From positions 13,484 through 77,483 of the IMG/VR virus record IMGVR_UViG_3300045988_132927: 64,000 bases of DNA; one strand, 5' to 3'. The DNA is from a virus. Of the stretch, positions 8,559 through 21,500 are shown in pieces. Both the position numbers and the translations under genes were made by a program. Position 1 is the first letter of the stretch. Every line of letters starts with the position of its first letter. The notes beneath the pieces are model-generated. The model ran no database searches. It was not told the origin of the DNA and saw only the letters and a program-made list of their open reading frames with translations.

Positions 8559-8578
8559 CACTAAACAACAAAAACAAT

Positions 8579-9598
8579 ATGGAGACAAAAATAACTGAAA
8601 TAATGAATCCTCACAAGTTACACGACAAGCTCTTCAAGAAAGAGCAGGTCTCTCCGATAGAAGTTATATACAATAGCTTCAGCAACTTAGGGTACAATGT
8701 AGTACGCCGTCCAGCCGGTCAGTGTTTAGGCAATTTGAGATATTTTAATCTATTTTATGACAAACATACTCATCATTTCTATCAGAAAAACAGGAAGTTG
8801 AGATATTGTAGTAATTTTCTCATATCTGATTACTGGAAAGATAGAGTGCGATGTTTCATAGTTTGGAACTTTGGATTTGGAAGATTCTTTCCGTACAATG
8901 ACTTTATTGAGGCTATGGTTTATGATTATCTTCGATATGGGAGAAAGTCAGTTCCTTATCTTAAAAGCGTGCAAGAGGCTGAAGAAAAGTGTGTAAGGTT
9001 CTATATCCGGTCTCAGATAGATATGCTTCGTAAGGAAGGATATGCCGCTTATCGGGCTAAGTTCAAGGAAGAACGTCCTCAGTATTTCATCGGAGACGAT
9101 AGGACGGTGTTTAGATGCCTTGACAGCTCTTTAAAAAGAGAAGAGAAGATTGCTGCATGCGTAGCCCACAAAAGGGCTTTAAAAGAAGGGATAATGACTT
9201 CCTTCATCAATCACCTTAAGAAACATCCTACCACTTTATATTCGTGGTTTTCATCAGAGGTAGATAGCGAAGGAAAGAATAGGATATGTTTATCCGACAA
9301 GGCTGTTTCGTATTTAAATAAGAGACTGGTTCGCAATGGGTTAAAGGCTCTTTCTGCATCATATCTTTTTAGAACGTTTAGAAAAATGGTTAAGACTTTG
9401 TTCGGTTCCAATGTCAGGTCGTTCTTGAATAGTTGTCTGATGTCTGTTTCAACAGAAGAGGTTTTAACCAAATCTATGAAGAAAATAGTTTCCAAGACGG
9501 TGCTGTTTTTGTACAAGAGAGCGCTTAAGAACTATCGCCGTGCATGCGGTCTTAAGTACGACCCTGATTCGGGTGGTTTGTCTGCCGTACATGATTGA
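8579..9598 (+). CDS. hypothetical protein
   Basis: 339-aa ORF, first gene of plus-strand structural block. Confidence 0.55.
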   Translation: METKITEIMNPHKLHDKLFKKEQVSPIEVIYNSFSNLGYNVVRRPAGQCLGNLRYFNLFYDKHTHHFYQKNRKLRYCSNFLISDYWKDRVRCFIVWNFGFGRFFPYNDFIEAMVYDYLRYGRKSVPYLKSVQEAEEKCVRFYIRSQIDMLRKEGYAAYRAKFKEERPQYFIGDDRTVFRCLDSSLKREEKIAACVAHKRALKEGIMTSFINHLKKHPTTLYSWFSSEVDSEGKNRICLSDKAVSYLNKRLVRNGLKALSASYLFRTFRKMVKTLFGSNVRSFLNSCLMSVSTEEVLTKSMKKIVSKTVLFLYKRALKNYRRACGLKYDPDSGGLSAVHD

Positions 9599-9666
9599 TT
9601 TTTAAACGTATCCCATAACGTTGGATTTTCTCGTTCGTTTCTCTTATCTTTGTGAAAAAAGATAGT

Positions 9667-12507
9667 ATGAAATTACGAATCATAAAAAATCGTCCGATAT
9701 TCGCTCCTGGCGGTAGTGTTCAGGATAAGAAACAGGATATTAATGTATCCTCTACTCAGCCTATTCTTGATTATGGAACGCCTGTTAATAAATGGGGTGA
9801 ATCTGATATTCAGAATATATATATGCCTTCTGATGTGACTTTAGAAACAGAGGAGGGGGAGATAAATCCATTTAGTAGTATGCCTACATCCGATCCGTTT
9901 TTTGAAAACAATGATGCAGTGTATGCAGGATATCTCGCTGATAATAGGGGCATGGTTAAAAACGTAGAGAAATCAGTCGTTGATAATGCAATGAATGTAG
10001 GTGGTGTTGATTCTGATTCCTCTAAAGAAAAACGTTCCCAAGATGGTAATCCTCTTGATCCTATGACTACCCCATATTATTCACCCGATCTAACCGGCAG
10101 AGCTCAAATGTTCGGTGCAAGTCTTGGTCGGATAAGAGCCGGTAATAAGGTCGGTGCTAATGTGGCTCAAGCTGCCTTGTCTGGTGTTAGTTTAGGATTA
10201 GGTCTTACCCGTAATATCATGGGAGCTTCATCTGCTGCGTATGCAGCCAGCAGAGACGAGCAGGCAGCGAGGGAAAAACTTGCCAAGGAGCGTCGTCAGC
10301 AATTCATCAAGTGGGAACGTGAAGGTGGTGGCGTGAATTTAGGTAACGGTCAGAAGATGGATACGTCTGATATGACCGGAGAATATATTTATCCTCTTCC
10401 CAAGTCTATGGAAGATGCTGCGAATGTAGAGATAGAGAAAGGCGAGTACGTGCTGACTCCTGACTCCGTAGGGCCTATGGAAGCCAAAGGGGACAGACAT
10501 GAAAATGGTGGTACTCCGGTTGATTTGCCAGAGGCTTATATTGTTTCCGATTATCGTAAGATAGATGATGAGTTTGCCTCTTACGTTAGAGAAAATTATG
10601 GTATTAAGGCAACGTCAAAAGATACGTATGCTACACTCCTTGATCGATATAAGAAAAAGATAGGTTTGTCTGATAAGTACGAAGATCAGGAGCGTGTATA
10701 TAAGAGATTAGAGAAAAATGAAGAAGTAAAAGACAAAAACACATCTAATCTTAATGCTTCTATTCTTTCCAAGTACGTCAATGAAAACCAGAAAGAGATA
10801 GACGAGCTTGAAGCACAATTTCGTTCTTTCGCTGAAATCGTTTATGGCAAACAGGAAGAATCTAAGCGTAACGAGAAGATGGATGCTTTTTTCAGGGATG
10901 GCGGGGTTGTTGATCTGAATCAGGTAAAGAAACAAGCTAAGGCTTTTAATATTGCAGAATCAGATGCTAAGAACTGGATATATGACGAGTATGTTAAGCA
11001 AACCAGAAAAATGGCTGAAGGTGGACCTACTCAGAAGGAGCTGGAGGAACTTAGAAAGAATGCTATCGGCTACAATAAGCTTATCAATCAGTTATTTGGA
11101 CGAACTCTTAATATGACTGTATCTGATGTTAGTGGTCGTGAGCAGATTCTTAATCCTGATTCCAGTGTCAATGCCAATCAGAATCTCCAACATAGAAGCA
11201 ATTTAGGATACGGCAGGGTAAATGATAAGGCGGTATCTAATTTGCTCGACGTAAACCGATGGGCTAACAAGTACAATACGGATGGTGATTTTGATACAGA
11301 AGGTTTCCAGAAAGGATACAACAGGCAATTAAATGCATTGTGGGCGTTAGCTGATGTAGGCGCTATTACGAATGCTGATGCAGCCAAGAAATTCAGAGAT
11401 GAATACGGATTCTGGGGCCAGGACGCCGGAAGCTACGGAGGGAATCAGGCTTATAATTCATTTGCCGTAGATGATAAGTTTGGTCAGACAACAGCTACTC
11501 GTTCTTATTATGGGTTGGACGTTGTTTCGGCAGAGCAAAAAAGATTGTTAAACGAAAAAGGGATAAAGAATTATGTTGACTTATTTGGTGATAAATCTGA
11601 TGCCGCTAAGAAGATTCTGGGCTCCGATTATAATAAGTTTGTTGCTTTAAGAGATAGTGGGTTAATGCCGGAAATAGACTTCGTTCTTGAGTCTGTTAAA
11701 CCAGAAATGAAGCCTATTGAGGCCGGTCCCATAGCACCAGGCCTTACACCGCCTAAGATTGGATCTCCTGGAAGGGTAGAGGTAAAACCGAAAGCAAGTA
11801 CGCCTACGACTGCAACCGACACCGATACAGAGGAGGTGGTTGAAGACAACGGACCTAAAGGGCAGGGCAGACCGGCGGCGTTCGGTCCTATCTTCCCGGA
11901 GATGCTGAGAACGCTCGATACAGGCTTGGAGATAGAAGGTCTGGAAAGACATCAGGCTCCGAGAATAGACCCAGTTCTTCAATCTGCTGATCAGTATATC
12001 AACGAGCTCAACCGCGCGACATCGGCTCAGTTGGACGCAGTAGGTGACGTGCCCGACTCCCAGCGCTCCGCTATTCTGGCTAATATGAACGCCATAGCCG
12101 GAAGCAATATAGCCAAGTACATTAACGAAGTAAATTTCAATAACGCAAGGCAAATAAACGAAGCTGATAGATTCAATGAAATGGCTTATGTTCAGACAGA
12201 CGATAAGAACATAGCGGAAAGGCAACGTTATGAATCCGGGTTATTGAAGGCTATGGCTATAAGGGATGAAAATCTTGCTCGTTATTATGATAGCATAAAC
12301 AGCGAAATACAGAATAAGTTCAATGTTCGTACATCGTTGAATACCATAGCTTCCATAGCTCCGAATATGAGAATGCTTCCAAGTGGCCAAATTATTTACG
12401 TTCAAGGTAATCAGGATGTGATGAATATGGGTGATTATTCTACACCTTACTTGAGAAGTTTAAATGAAGAAGATGATGAAACTAAAAGAAGAAGGAGGAC
12501 CAAATAG
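9667..12507 (+). CDS. large hypothetical virion protein (946 aa from ATG 9667)
   Basis: long uninterrupted ORF; track start 9652 is a non-ATG start. Confidence 0.6.
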   Translation: MKLRIIKNRPIFAPGGSVQDKKQDINVSSTQPILDYGTPVNKWGESDIQNIYMPSDVTLETEEGEINPFSSMPTSDPFFENNDAVYAGYLADNRGMVKNVEKSVVDNAMNVGGVDSDSSKEKRSQDGNPLDPMTTPYYSPDLTGRAQMFGASLGRIRAGNKVGANVAQAALSGVSLGLGLTRNIMGASSAAYAASRDEQAAREKLAKERRQQFIKWEREGGGVNLGNGQKMDTSDMTGEYIYPLPKSMEDAANVEIEKGEYVLTPDSVGPMEAKGDRHENGGTPVDLPEAYIVSDYRKIDDEFASYVRENYGIKATSKDTYATLLDRYKKKIGLSDKYEDQERVYKRLEKNEEVKDKNTSNLNASILSKYVNENQKEIDELEAQFRSFAEIVYGKQEESKRNEKMDAFFRDGGVVDLNQVKKQAKAFNIAESDAKNWIYDEYVKQTRKMAEGGPTQKELEELRKNAIGYNKLINQLFGRTLNMTVSDVSGREQILNPDSSVNANQNLQHRSNLGYGRVNDKAVSNLLDVNRWANKYNTDGDFDTEGFQKGYNRQLNALWALADVGAITNADAAKKFRDEYGFWGQDAGSYGGNQAYNSFAVDDKFGQTTATRSYYGLDVVSAEQKRLLNEKGIKNYVDLFGDKSDAAKKILGSDYNKFVALRDSGLMPEIDFVLESVKPEMKPIEAGPIAPGLTPPKIGSPGRVEVKPKASTPTTATDTDTEEVVEDNGPKGQGRPAAFGPIFPEMLRTLDTGLEIEGLERHQAPRIDPVLQSADQYINELNRATSAQLDAVGDVPDSQRSAILANMNAIAGSNIAKYINEVNFNNARQINEADRFNEMAYVQTDDKNIAERQRYESGLLKAMAIRDENLARYYDSINSEIQNKFNVRTSLNTIASIAPNMRMLPSGQIIYVQGNQDVMNMGDYSTPYLRSLNEEDDETKRRRRTK

Positions 12508-15500
12508 TGGCTTCACAGTATAGTATTTTAAGGCAATATGCCCCGTATGTTAGTCCTTACAACATAGATCTTGTTAAGGACGTCATGATGTACAAACAGC
12601 AGAAGGTTGATGCTGCTCGTGAAAAGATCTATACCCAGGTAGATTATCTTATGGGTCAAGAGATAGATAAGCCTGAAGCCCGTGCTTATATGGAAGATAA
12701 GATGTCAGGTGTGATTGCTAACATCAATCAAAAATTCAAAGGCGTGGATCTTTCTTCTGATGGTGTTACGAGAGCCATACAAGGAGAGATCAGTTCAGTG
12801 TTGGATGATACGGTCATTAACGCGATTGCCGGCACAAAAGAAGGCAAGAGGGTTATGAAGGAAATAGAATCTATAAAACAGAATCATCCTGAACTTTATT
12901 CTCCTATTAATGAATGGCATGCTTTGGACCCTTATTACAAATGGAGGTCAGATGGTAAAGCAGGATCAAGGTTGGGAGGTCTTCATTATTCTCCTTATGT
13001 CGATTATACTAAGGAGATAAATAAGCTGGTCAGTGATTTTAGGAAAAACAACGAAGGCAAGAAGATTCAGACAACAGAATATGATGTTAAAGGTAATCCT
13101 ACTGGTGGAATCATAGAAGTCAACGTAGATGAGCTTACTGATTCCCAGATAAGGAATTTTGTGTCTGCTAACTTATCTGAAAACATGAGGAATCAGATGA
13201 GAATAGAAGCATCATACATGGCAGCTACCAATCCGGTGTTCAGTAATCCAGATTTGGTTAGTCAATACATTGGGTCTTATGTCGAAAGATACGATAGGCA
13301 CATAGGAGCATTGGAAGCAAAAAAGAAATCAGTAGGGGATAATAAGGATATTATTGATCGTATTGACAGTCAGATACAGGAAGCTAAAAATCAGAAAGCA
13401 GAAGCCAAGAGGGAGGCAGATATGATAATAGCTTCATCAGATCCGGTAGCGGCTGCTAATTTTGTTGTTACCAATAATCTTTTCGATAAGATGACTGATG
13501 CATGGAGATACGACAATACAAGTTTTGAAAGGAAGAAAGATGATCTTTATTTTGCAAGGTTGGCAGAGGATAGGGCTCAGCAAAAGTTTTTGACTGATAA
13601 TGCTAAGTCTATGGTTGAAATATCGTTGGCAAAAGAGCAACTTGCACAGGCTAAGATTGAAACCGAATACATGCGTACTTACGGTTCCAAGATGGGCACT
13701 GAAAGCTCATCCGGAGGCACAAGAGGAGCAGGCGGTGTAGGAGTGCCGATGGCTCCTATGGACGGGCCTACGGCTATCAATTCTGGAACGGGTAAGATAG
13801 GATCTGTTAATTTGGCTAATATCCCTTATGAACAACTCACATCTTCTTCCACAGAGCGTAGAGCAAATTTATTGAAATTATATAATTCATTATCTCCTAC
13901 AGACAGAAGTAATATCGTTGCAGCATCATACGAAGAAGAAAAAACTGACCCAGGATTGTATGCTAATATGACTCCTGAAGAACGGATATATTCTTATTTA
14001 AAAAATAATGGAGGTCAGAAAAACGGATATTTTGGACAAGGAAATAACAGATTGTCTGAAGCTTATGATGCTTTACTTCTTTCTGATTCTAAGGCAAATG
14101 GAGCTACAAAGGCTATAAATAACATAACTGATTATCAAATAGATAATATAGTTACTAAAAAAAATAAGGATATTATCAGTAAAGTTCGTAATGCTAAGTT
14201 TATGAAAGGAAATTCTTTTATAAATCTTACCGATACAGATGATAAGGCTGGAGCCTTCCTGCTCGCCACAGCCATAACAACTGGTGTATCTGATGCCGTA
14301 GGGTTCAGAGAATACATGATGGATCCTTCAAGAGGAATAGATATTCTTAGTGCTATATCTCCGTCATTAGGAGCTAAGGTGAGTGCAGGAAAGTTGGGGA
14401 AAAACATATCTGATGCTATTACAAGCGAGAATAATGGTTCTTCTACTGGTACATTGGCTCTTATTAATGGAATGAAGAAACTCAATGGCGATCCTGATTT
14501 TAATATATCAGATTATATGACCATAGATAAGGATGGTGATATAGATTTAAAAGATTATCAGGAAGGTGAACCATTAACTATTACCCAGCTAAGATATGCT
14601 GAGAAAAACAGTAGGGTGTCTGATATGATAGCAGGTCAGATGCAGGATGAGATAAAAATGTCTGTATCTCCTGATCAGATTTCTGATAAGTTATCTCAGT
14701 ATCATTACCTTGATTCTTACAAAAGATACAATTGGAATGCCGATTCACCGGAAAAGTCTTTGCAGAAGGCTCAGTTTAGAAGATTGTCTGGTTACATGGC
14801 AGGAAAGGTAAATAATCTGGATCCTACTGCTATTAATGCCATTAATATGGATGCCGAGATAGATAATGGCACCGTTAGAAGATTCTTGACTGCTCAAGTA
14901 GGTTCCGGTAAAAATTCTTATGTTACAGAAAGGGTTGAGATTACGAATGACGAGCTTCTTAAGGCGGGTATAGATCCTTCGGTCGAGGAGCGCAATTATC
15001 CGGTAGATGGCTACAAATCAAGTTTTGGAACCTGTGATTTTGTAGATACCGGAAAGAAGGAAGGTTATTCTTATGATAAGTATCTTATACGTAATGGCCT
15101 TCCTCGTTTGGCTTCTAAGGCTGATGTTAAGAATGATCTTTATGATATAGTAAAGGTTCATGGTTCTTACCTTAAGCCAGAAGAAATGAATGTTGTTAAA
15201 GCCCTTGTTGATAATTTTATTGACATGTCTGATAATATATCAGTTCAGTTGGAGGGAATGGACGATAGGGGTTCAAGAGAGGTAGCGGTCAATTTCTATG
15301 ACAAAAGGACTAAAAATTCTAAAAATCCTGCATTGTTGTTCTCGGATTTTGTTCCTTTGGATCCAGGTAATGATGAGTATGCGGATTACTGGAATAGCAT
15401 TCACCAGAAGTGTCCTCAGTACTTCTTTGTAAAATACGTGAAGGAGGCTGTTCAAGAACGTCTTGATCAGATGAGGGATCCGTATATGAGAGGAATAAAT

Positions 15501-15566
15501 ATCACGCCCAACATGAATGACAAGTTTAGTAAGTTGAACGATTTTTTGCAGAAAATTTATGGCTGA
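12507..15566 (+). CDS. large hypothetical virion protein (1019 aa), GTG start overlapping the previous stop (TAGTG)
   Basis: long ORF, translational coupling. Confidence 0.55.
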   Translation: MASQYSILRQYAPYVSPYNIDLVKDVMMYKQQKVDAAREKIYTQVDYLMGQEIDKPEARAYMEDKMSGVIANINQKFKGVDLSSDGVTRAIQGEISSVLDDTVINAIAGTKEGKRVMKEIESIKQNHPELYSPINEWHALDPYYKWRSDGKAGSRLGGLHYSPYVDYTKEINKLVSDFRKNNEGKKIQTTEYDVKGNPTGGIIEVNVDELTDSQIRNFVSANLSENMRNQMRIEASYMAATNPVFSNPDLVSQYIGSYVERYDRHIGALEAKKKSVGDNKDIIDRIDSQIQEAKNQKAEAKREADMIIASSDPVAAANFVVTNNLFDKMTDAWRYDNTSFERKKDDLYFARLAEDRAQQKFLTDNAKSMVEISLAKEQLAQAKIETEYMRTYGSKMGTESSSGGTRGAGGVGVPMAPMDGPTAINSGTGKIGSVNLANIPYEQLTSSSTERRANLLKLYNSLSPTDRSNIVAASYEEEKTDPGLYANMTPEERIYSYLKNNGGQKNGYFGQGNNRLSEAYDALLLSDSKANGATKAINNITDYQIDNIVTKKNKDIISKVRNAKFMKGNSFINLTDTDDKAGAFLLATAITTGVSDAVGFREYMMDPSRGIDILSAISPSLGAKVSAGKLGKNISDAITSENNGSSTGTLALINGMKKLNGDPDFNISDYMTIDKDGDIDLKDYQEGEPLTITQLRYAEKNSRVSDMIAGQMQDEIKMSVSPDQISDKLSQYHYLDSYKRYNWNADSPEKSLQKAQFRRLSGYMAGKVNNLDPTAINAINMDAEIDNGTVRRFLTAQVGSGKNSYVTERVEITNDELLKAGIDPSVEERNYPVDGYKSSFGTCDFVDTGKKEGYSYDKYLIRNGLPRLASKADVKNDLYDIVKVHGSYLKPEEMNVVKALVDNFIDMSDNISVQLEGMDDRGSREVAVNFYDKRTKNSKNPALLFSDFVPLDPGNDEYADYWNSIHQKCPQYFFVKYVKEAVQERLDQMRDPYMRGINITPNMNDKFSKLNDFLQKIYG

Positions 15567-18500
15567 CAATAATATAGATAGATATAATCCTGCTGCTAAA
15601 ACCACTTACGAAGATGTGGCAAGGCAAAGAAAATTAGCCGAAGAAGAGAATTATACTCCGGCTACACTACCAGAGACGACAACGCCTCTGGTTCCTAATT
15701 ATATGCCTGGTGAAGGTGTGTATGCCCAACCTAAATTTCCGGATTACGCATCAAGGATAGCTGCTGCCGAATACGAAGAACCGTATATAGCCAAGGAGAT
15801 AAGCAACAGCTACTCGGAGGCACTGGCTCGTAACAGCTACAGGGGGGCTACACCTGCCCCGCCGCCTCTTAATCCCTATGGACCAAAGGTAAGTATCCGT
15901 GAAAGTCATCAGATGGGTAATGATGGGGTATGGCGTACAAAATATCCCAACTATATTCCGGGTATAAACAATGAGGATTATTATGCCAGGAGACAGAGCG
16001 GATGGAGTAAGTTTTGGAATGGTGTAGGCAAATTCGCTTTAAAGTCTGCATTGTACGGTGCACAAGGAGTTGTGTCATTGCCTGACAAACTTATCAATAT
16101 GGCATCTGAGGGAAGTTATAAAGCTGCGTTAAACACTAACATAGATAAGTTTGTAGGTGATCTTGACCAGCAAATAGACATGCTTCTTCCTCATTATTAC
16201 AAGAAAGAGGTAGAAGATTATAATTTTGGTCAGAAGCTTTTTAAGGATACCGGTAATTTCTTATGGAATGATGTCCTTGGTAATGGTATGTCTTTTACCG
16301 TAGGAGCCATGATATCAGCGTACATGACCGGAGGACTTGGAGTTGGATCATTGGGCAATATAGGTGCTAAATTAGGTGGAAGAATCGGAGCTAAGTTAGC
16401 AGCAAGGCAGGCTGCCAATAGGGGCATAGGAAGCCTTAAAGGTGTGTTTAACGACTATGTAAGAAAAGGAGTTGCTACCGGAAGAAATGTAGGGGAGGCG
16501 GCTAAGACCATGACGTTGTTGGCTACCAGTGCCGGATTCGAGTCATCGGTTGAAGCAAATTCTTTTATGAAGCAATCTGAGTCTGATTTCAAGGATTATT
16601 ATCGTAAGATTTATGGTCGTGATCCCAATGCAGAGGAAATGGCTGTTTTTCGTAATTCTAATGCTGATGTAGGTAGTGCTATATTTGCCGCCAATATGGG
16701 TATAGTAGGATTATCTAACTGGCTTCTTTTTGGTAAGTATATAGGGTTAGGAGGCAAGGCTATACCAGGGTTGGAAAAGAAGCTCAACAAGCATTTATTT
16801 GGATTAGGGACGGAAGTTGCGAAGCCGGGAGAGATGGCTATTAAAATAACCAATCCCAATATAGGACAAAAGATAGCAGGCAATGTTTTCAATATCATGA
16901 AAAGGCCAGTGTCCGAAGGCTTATGGGAAGAAGGATCTCAAGGTGCTGTTCAGAATACGGCTGAGGAATATGTTAAGTCAAGATATGATAATGTAGCCAT
17001 GAACGGAGCCGTTGATGTTCTTGATGCTATTTCTGAAGGATTTAAAAAGCAATATACGTCTAAAGAAGGATGGACTGAAATAGGAATCGGTGCTATTATC
17101 GGTTCTTTGTTTGGTATGAGGGAAGGCTTCTTTGGGGTTAAAGAGTATAGCAATAGTCAGATCTTGCTGGAAAGGCAAGTGAATGAATACAACAAAGCAT
17201 CTTCTAATCTTAACACGGCGGCTTTGAATACGTTGAAAAAATCAATGAGTTTAGGGCCTCAAGTTCGTTCCGATGCCCAGTCTATGACTGGCAAGGAGCT
17301 TGATGATGCTATGTTTGAAAAGATGTCTATTGACAACCAAATGGGAACCTTAGAGGATTCGGCTGAAAATTTCTGGCAGATGATTGATATGATGCCTATT
17401 TCGGAAATAGCCGAAGCTAATGGAATGTCTTTGGAAGAGGCAAAGAAATACAAGGATTCTATTATTGATAATTATAACAATCGTCTTTCGGATTTCAGAT
17501 CTGCCCAGAGTTTTGCCGAAGATCTTATAGGTGATGACTCTAAGATTGAATTTAGAAAATACGTGGCTCGTAATGCCTTCCTTGGTCTTCAATCAGAATC
17601 AAGAATGAAAGACATAGCTTCTGTCATAGAAACGCTTTCAGGACAGCCTCGCGTGGCAGATGCGCTAAGTACGTTCTCCCGGCTGTCGGACAGAGCAAGG
17701 GAGCGGGCGATGGCTATCCGTGGCATACGGTCAAGGATAGAAGAACTTGAATCCGAAATAGAAGATCTTGCTACCCGCCCTCGTAACGTAGAAGGGAAAG
17801 ATCCACAAGCTGAATCCATACAACGAAAAACCAAAGAATTGGAAAGCCTTAGAACCAATTATAATAATTCGTTGTCTGAGTTATCAACGTTAATAGGAAA
17901 AGAGTTTTCGATAGAAGAGCTGGTAAGTAAAACCGAATCTGTTTTATCTTCTCCTCTTTCTCCCATAAGTTCACAAGATGTGATAGAAGCCTATGATACG
18001 CTTGTGGCTTTTGATGATTATTTTAATGTAAAATCAAGACAGGAAAAGAAGTTTACAGCCAAAGACAAAGCCATGAGATCCTTGGTAAATGAATACCGAA
18101 GGAGTTTGATGGACTATAGGAATATGAATAACTTCTTGTCTAAGATGCTTGATAAAAGATTCTTAGCTGAGGAAAATAGGGGATTTTCAAAAGCGCTGTC
18201 TTCTCTATGGTCTACTCCTTATAAAGGGGATGACAAGGTTCCTGATTTTGCAGAGCCTAATAAAGTTGGTGAATATGACACTGATGAGGTAGTAGATCAA
18301 GCTGTGTCAGAAGGTAAGATTTCGGAAGACGAAGCTTGGACTATCAAGGCTTTTATGCATGCTCTTGATAAAGTAAGGGAAGATAGGATGAAGGAAGCAG
18401 AAGATGATATAAAAGAGTCACCGCTTACGGAGTCTGTATCGGATGAAGATTATGAGGCTGCTATGGATAATCCTATTATGGTTCCGGCCGTAAGGCAGTC

Positions 18501-21500
18501 TATAATTGATAAACTATATACAGGTAATGCCGATCTTCTTACTGCGAGAGAAAAAGATGTGTATGATAAATACAAACAAGATTTTGATGATTATGTATCG
18601 TCTTTGGGTGACAGTCCTGTTAATCTCATAAAATCATTATCTGAGAAGGCTGATAGGCTTACAAGTCCGAGATCTGTGTATGAGGATAATAAAGCTATTA
18701 TTGATATGGCTAAATCCAATTTAGAACCAGATCAAAGGAAGGAACTTGATGATGCTATTTCTTCGTATGTTGATATAATGAACAGACGGGATAAAGGGGA
18801 GAAGGTTGACGAAGATAAGCTTGCCGATTCTGTATTTACCATAGAAGATCTTGGCCAGGTTGGAAACATCACAGATCTCCTTCCTTATATCGAACAAAAC
18901 AGGATTATTGATAAAGGTCGTATTTCCGAATCTACGTTAAGTAATTTTGGGGAGGATGATACCAATATAGATTCTCTTGTAAATGAGTTAGATGAATCCG
19001 ATAATACGCCTGGAGCTAACATAGATAGTGCCCAAAATCCAGAGACGTTGATGGTTAGAAGAATATCCAACGATGGCAACGAAAGGTATGAAATTGCGGG
19101 TCTTAGAGCCGATAAATTTATATCTTCTATAAAATCATTGGTTCCTATTCAAATAAGCTCTGAAACGAACGCTAATGGCACTAAAAGGTATTCTCTTAAC
19201 ATAGGTGGAGAAACGGCTACTATAATTGAACTGCCTTATCATGCGAGATGGTCTATAGACAAAGAATCGGCTCGTGTTCTTAACCGTTACACAGACGTGT
19301 CTATTCAGGACGTGGGTAATTCCTATTCTTTGGTTTATAAGCGTCTTGATTCAGATGAATTGGTTCCGTACAGAACGGGTGTCGGATTCGGAGAGAATGA
19401 GGTAGATAAAATAGATCAGGAAGCATTATCTTCTTTGAAAAAAGGAGATAAGGTTAATCTCGAAATAGATGTAAATGATACTTATAATCAGTCTCTTTTT
19501 GCCGAATACAATGATGCTGTTCAGTCCGGCGATAAAAAAAGAATAGAATCTGCTGAGAATAAACTGGTGTCCAATATGGTTATCAAGGTCATGAGTGGGA
19601 ACAGATTCGTTTCTGTTGTAAAAGCTGATACAGGAGGCATAGATGGTATAAGTAAAATAAGAAGAACGGCTTTTAACAAGTGGAAGAAGGACGCCGGCCG
19701 GTCGGCTACCATCGGCGTCGGCACGCATGTTGTTGCCCAGACCCTTCCCGGAAGACCGGTGTTTAACATGAAGGTGAACGGTCAAGGATATGGCCAGATA
19801 GAAAATCTCCCTATTACCGAAAAAGGTGCTGAAAAAGTATCTGATGTTGGATATGTATTAAATGGCAAAGTCGTGCTTAAGAACGGATCTAAATACACAG
19901 GCTTCCCATTTGCTTATTCTATATTAAATGACAAGGGGAATAATTACAAAAATGTAAGAGTTCCGGTAGTCGTCATCAAAGGTAAAAACGGTCTTAATTA
20001 TCTTTTCCCAGTTAGCCTACGTTCTGTAGAATCAGAGGAAGGGCAGAAATGGATGTCTTTTATAGATATGCTGCTTGAATCTGGTGATTCTGAATTGCTA
20101 CAGATGGGTCAAGATGACATACAAGATCTTAATGCGTATCTAACCAAGTTAGGTCTTGATCCAGCTTCGTATCAAGTATCGTATTTGAATCCTATTTCAG
20201 GTCTTAGAAAAGCTCGTGAGGCTATAGAAAAATTATCTACGGTTCCTGATGTTGTTAAGTGGGTAGAAGATGAAAGCAGGAATGTGAAAGACATTGTGAC
20301 GTCTGAAGTAGAATCTGGAATAGATTTCGAAGGTGAGATGTTTGTCGCTCCTAAGATCAGGATTCAGTTTGGCAAATCATCTTCCAGACCTAAATCGCTT
20401 ATAGAGGATGATCTTCCTTTCTCTGATGAGGGTAAGACCGTTACTTCTAAGGTAGAAGATGTGGAAGTTTATGAAGAGGAAATGCCAGAGGAAGGGGCTG
20501 CCCGGGAGACTCAGCCGGTGCCATTAGCTCAGCCGGCTCCTGCGGCACAAGCTACGCAGTCTTTACCTGGCAAGAAGCGTACCTCCAGGAAAAACTTCTC
20601 TCTTATGTTAAACGAAATAGAATCTCATATAGAAAAAGAAGGATTGCCGTCTTATGCTAATATTTTTGATTTTATAGCAAGGAAGATTGTAGGAGGTGAT
20701 TTGAGGTTTCTTCGTGAGAGAGGTAATCCTAAAAGCCTTAAGGAAGAAATGGGATTAGAACCTAAAGGAACAGTAGGTGATAAAATATCCACTCCTTCCA
20801 GTAAAGGCGGTAAGACCTTAGAAGAATACGTTTCTTGGCTTCGTTCTCAAACAGATCAGGTGGTGGTTGATTATGTTGGGCCAAGATCTGATGAACAAAT
20901 TATATCAGAGTTGAAAAACTTTTTGAAATATATTAATTTTGTTCCAAGTAAGGCTTTAAATTATTCTCTTAGAGTCAATGGCATGGATACCCTAAAAGAA
21001 TATGGCACAAAAGAGGAAGTAGAAAAAATGGAATCTGATATCAATAGTTTGGTTTCTAAAGTTTTGCCTACGGTGGATAATAAAACTGTAGAAGATGTTT
21101 CTACTGCAATAAAATCAAACAACTTGCCTGCCATATGGGAGCCAGTGGAAAGCCTTGATATGACAAACGAGGAAAAAATAGAGTTTTTGAATAACGTAGC
21201 AGATTTCCTTAGCGGCATTCCAGAGTATGATGCTGTTGTGGAATCTATAGAGTCAGAATCAGATAATATTTTAAATAATGAGAAAGAAGGAAGCACAGGA
21301 GGTGGTACAGCACAGGCTAATGAAGAAGGCGGTGCAGTACGCGCTGAGGAAGATGGCGATAAAAAGGGAGATGGAGAAGGCGAAGGACAATCCAGAACAA
21401 ATGTCGAAGTTGAAGGAAATGTCGAATTACCTGGATCTGAAGAAGGAAGAGTAGATAACTATAGAAAGAACGGAGATAAGTTCTCTGATATTTCCGAAGT

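Noticed and set aside
11662-12225. Minus-strand ORFs embedded in giant plus-strand genes (also 27592-28284, 28274-28849, 29508-30068, 39237-39692 and others)
   Set aside because: They lie antisense to long, clearly coding plus-strand ORFs and have low-complexity composition typical of shadow ORFs.
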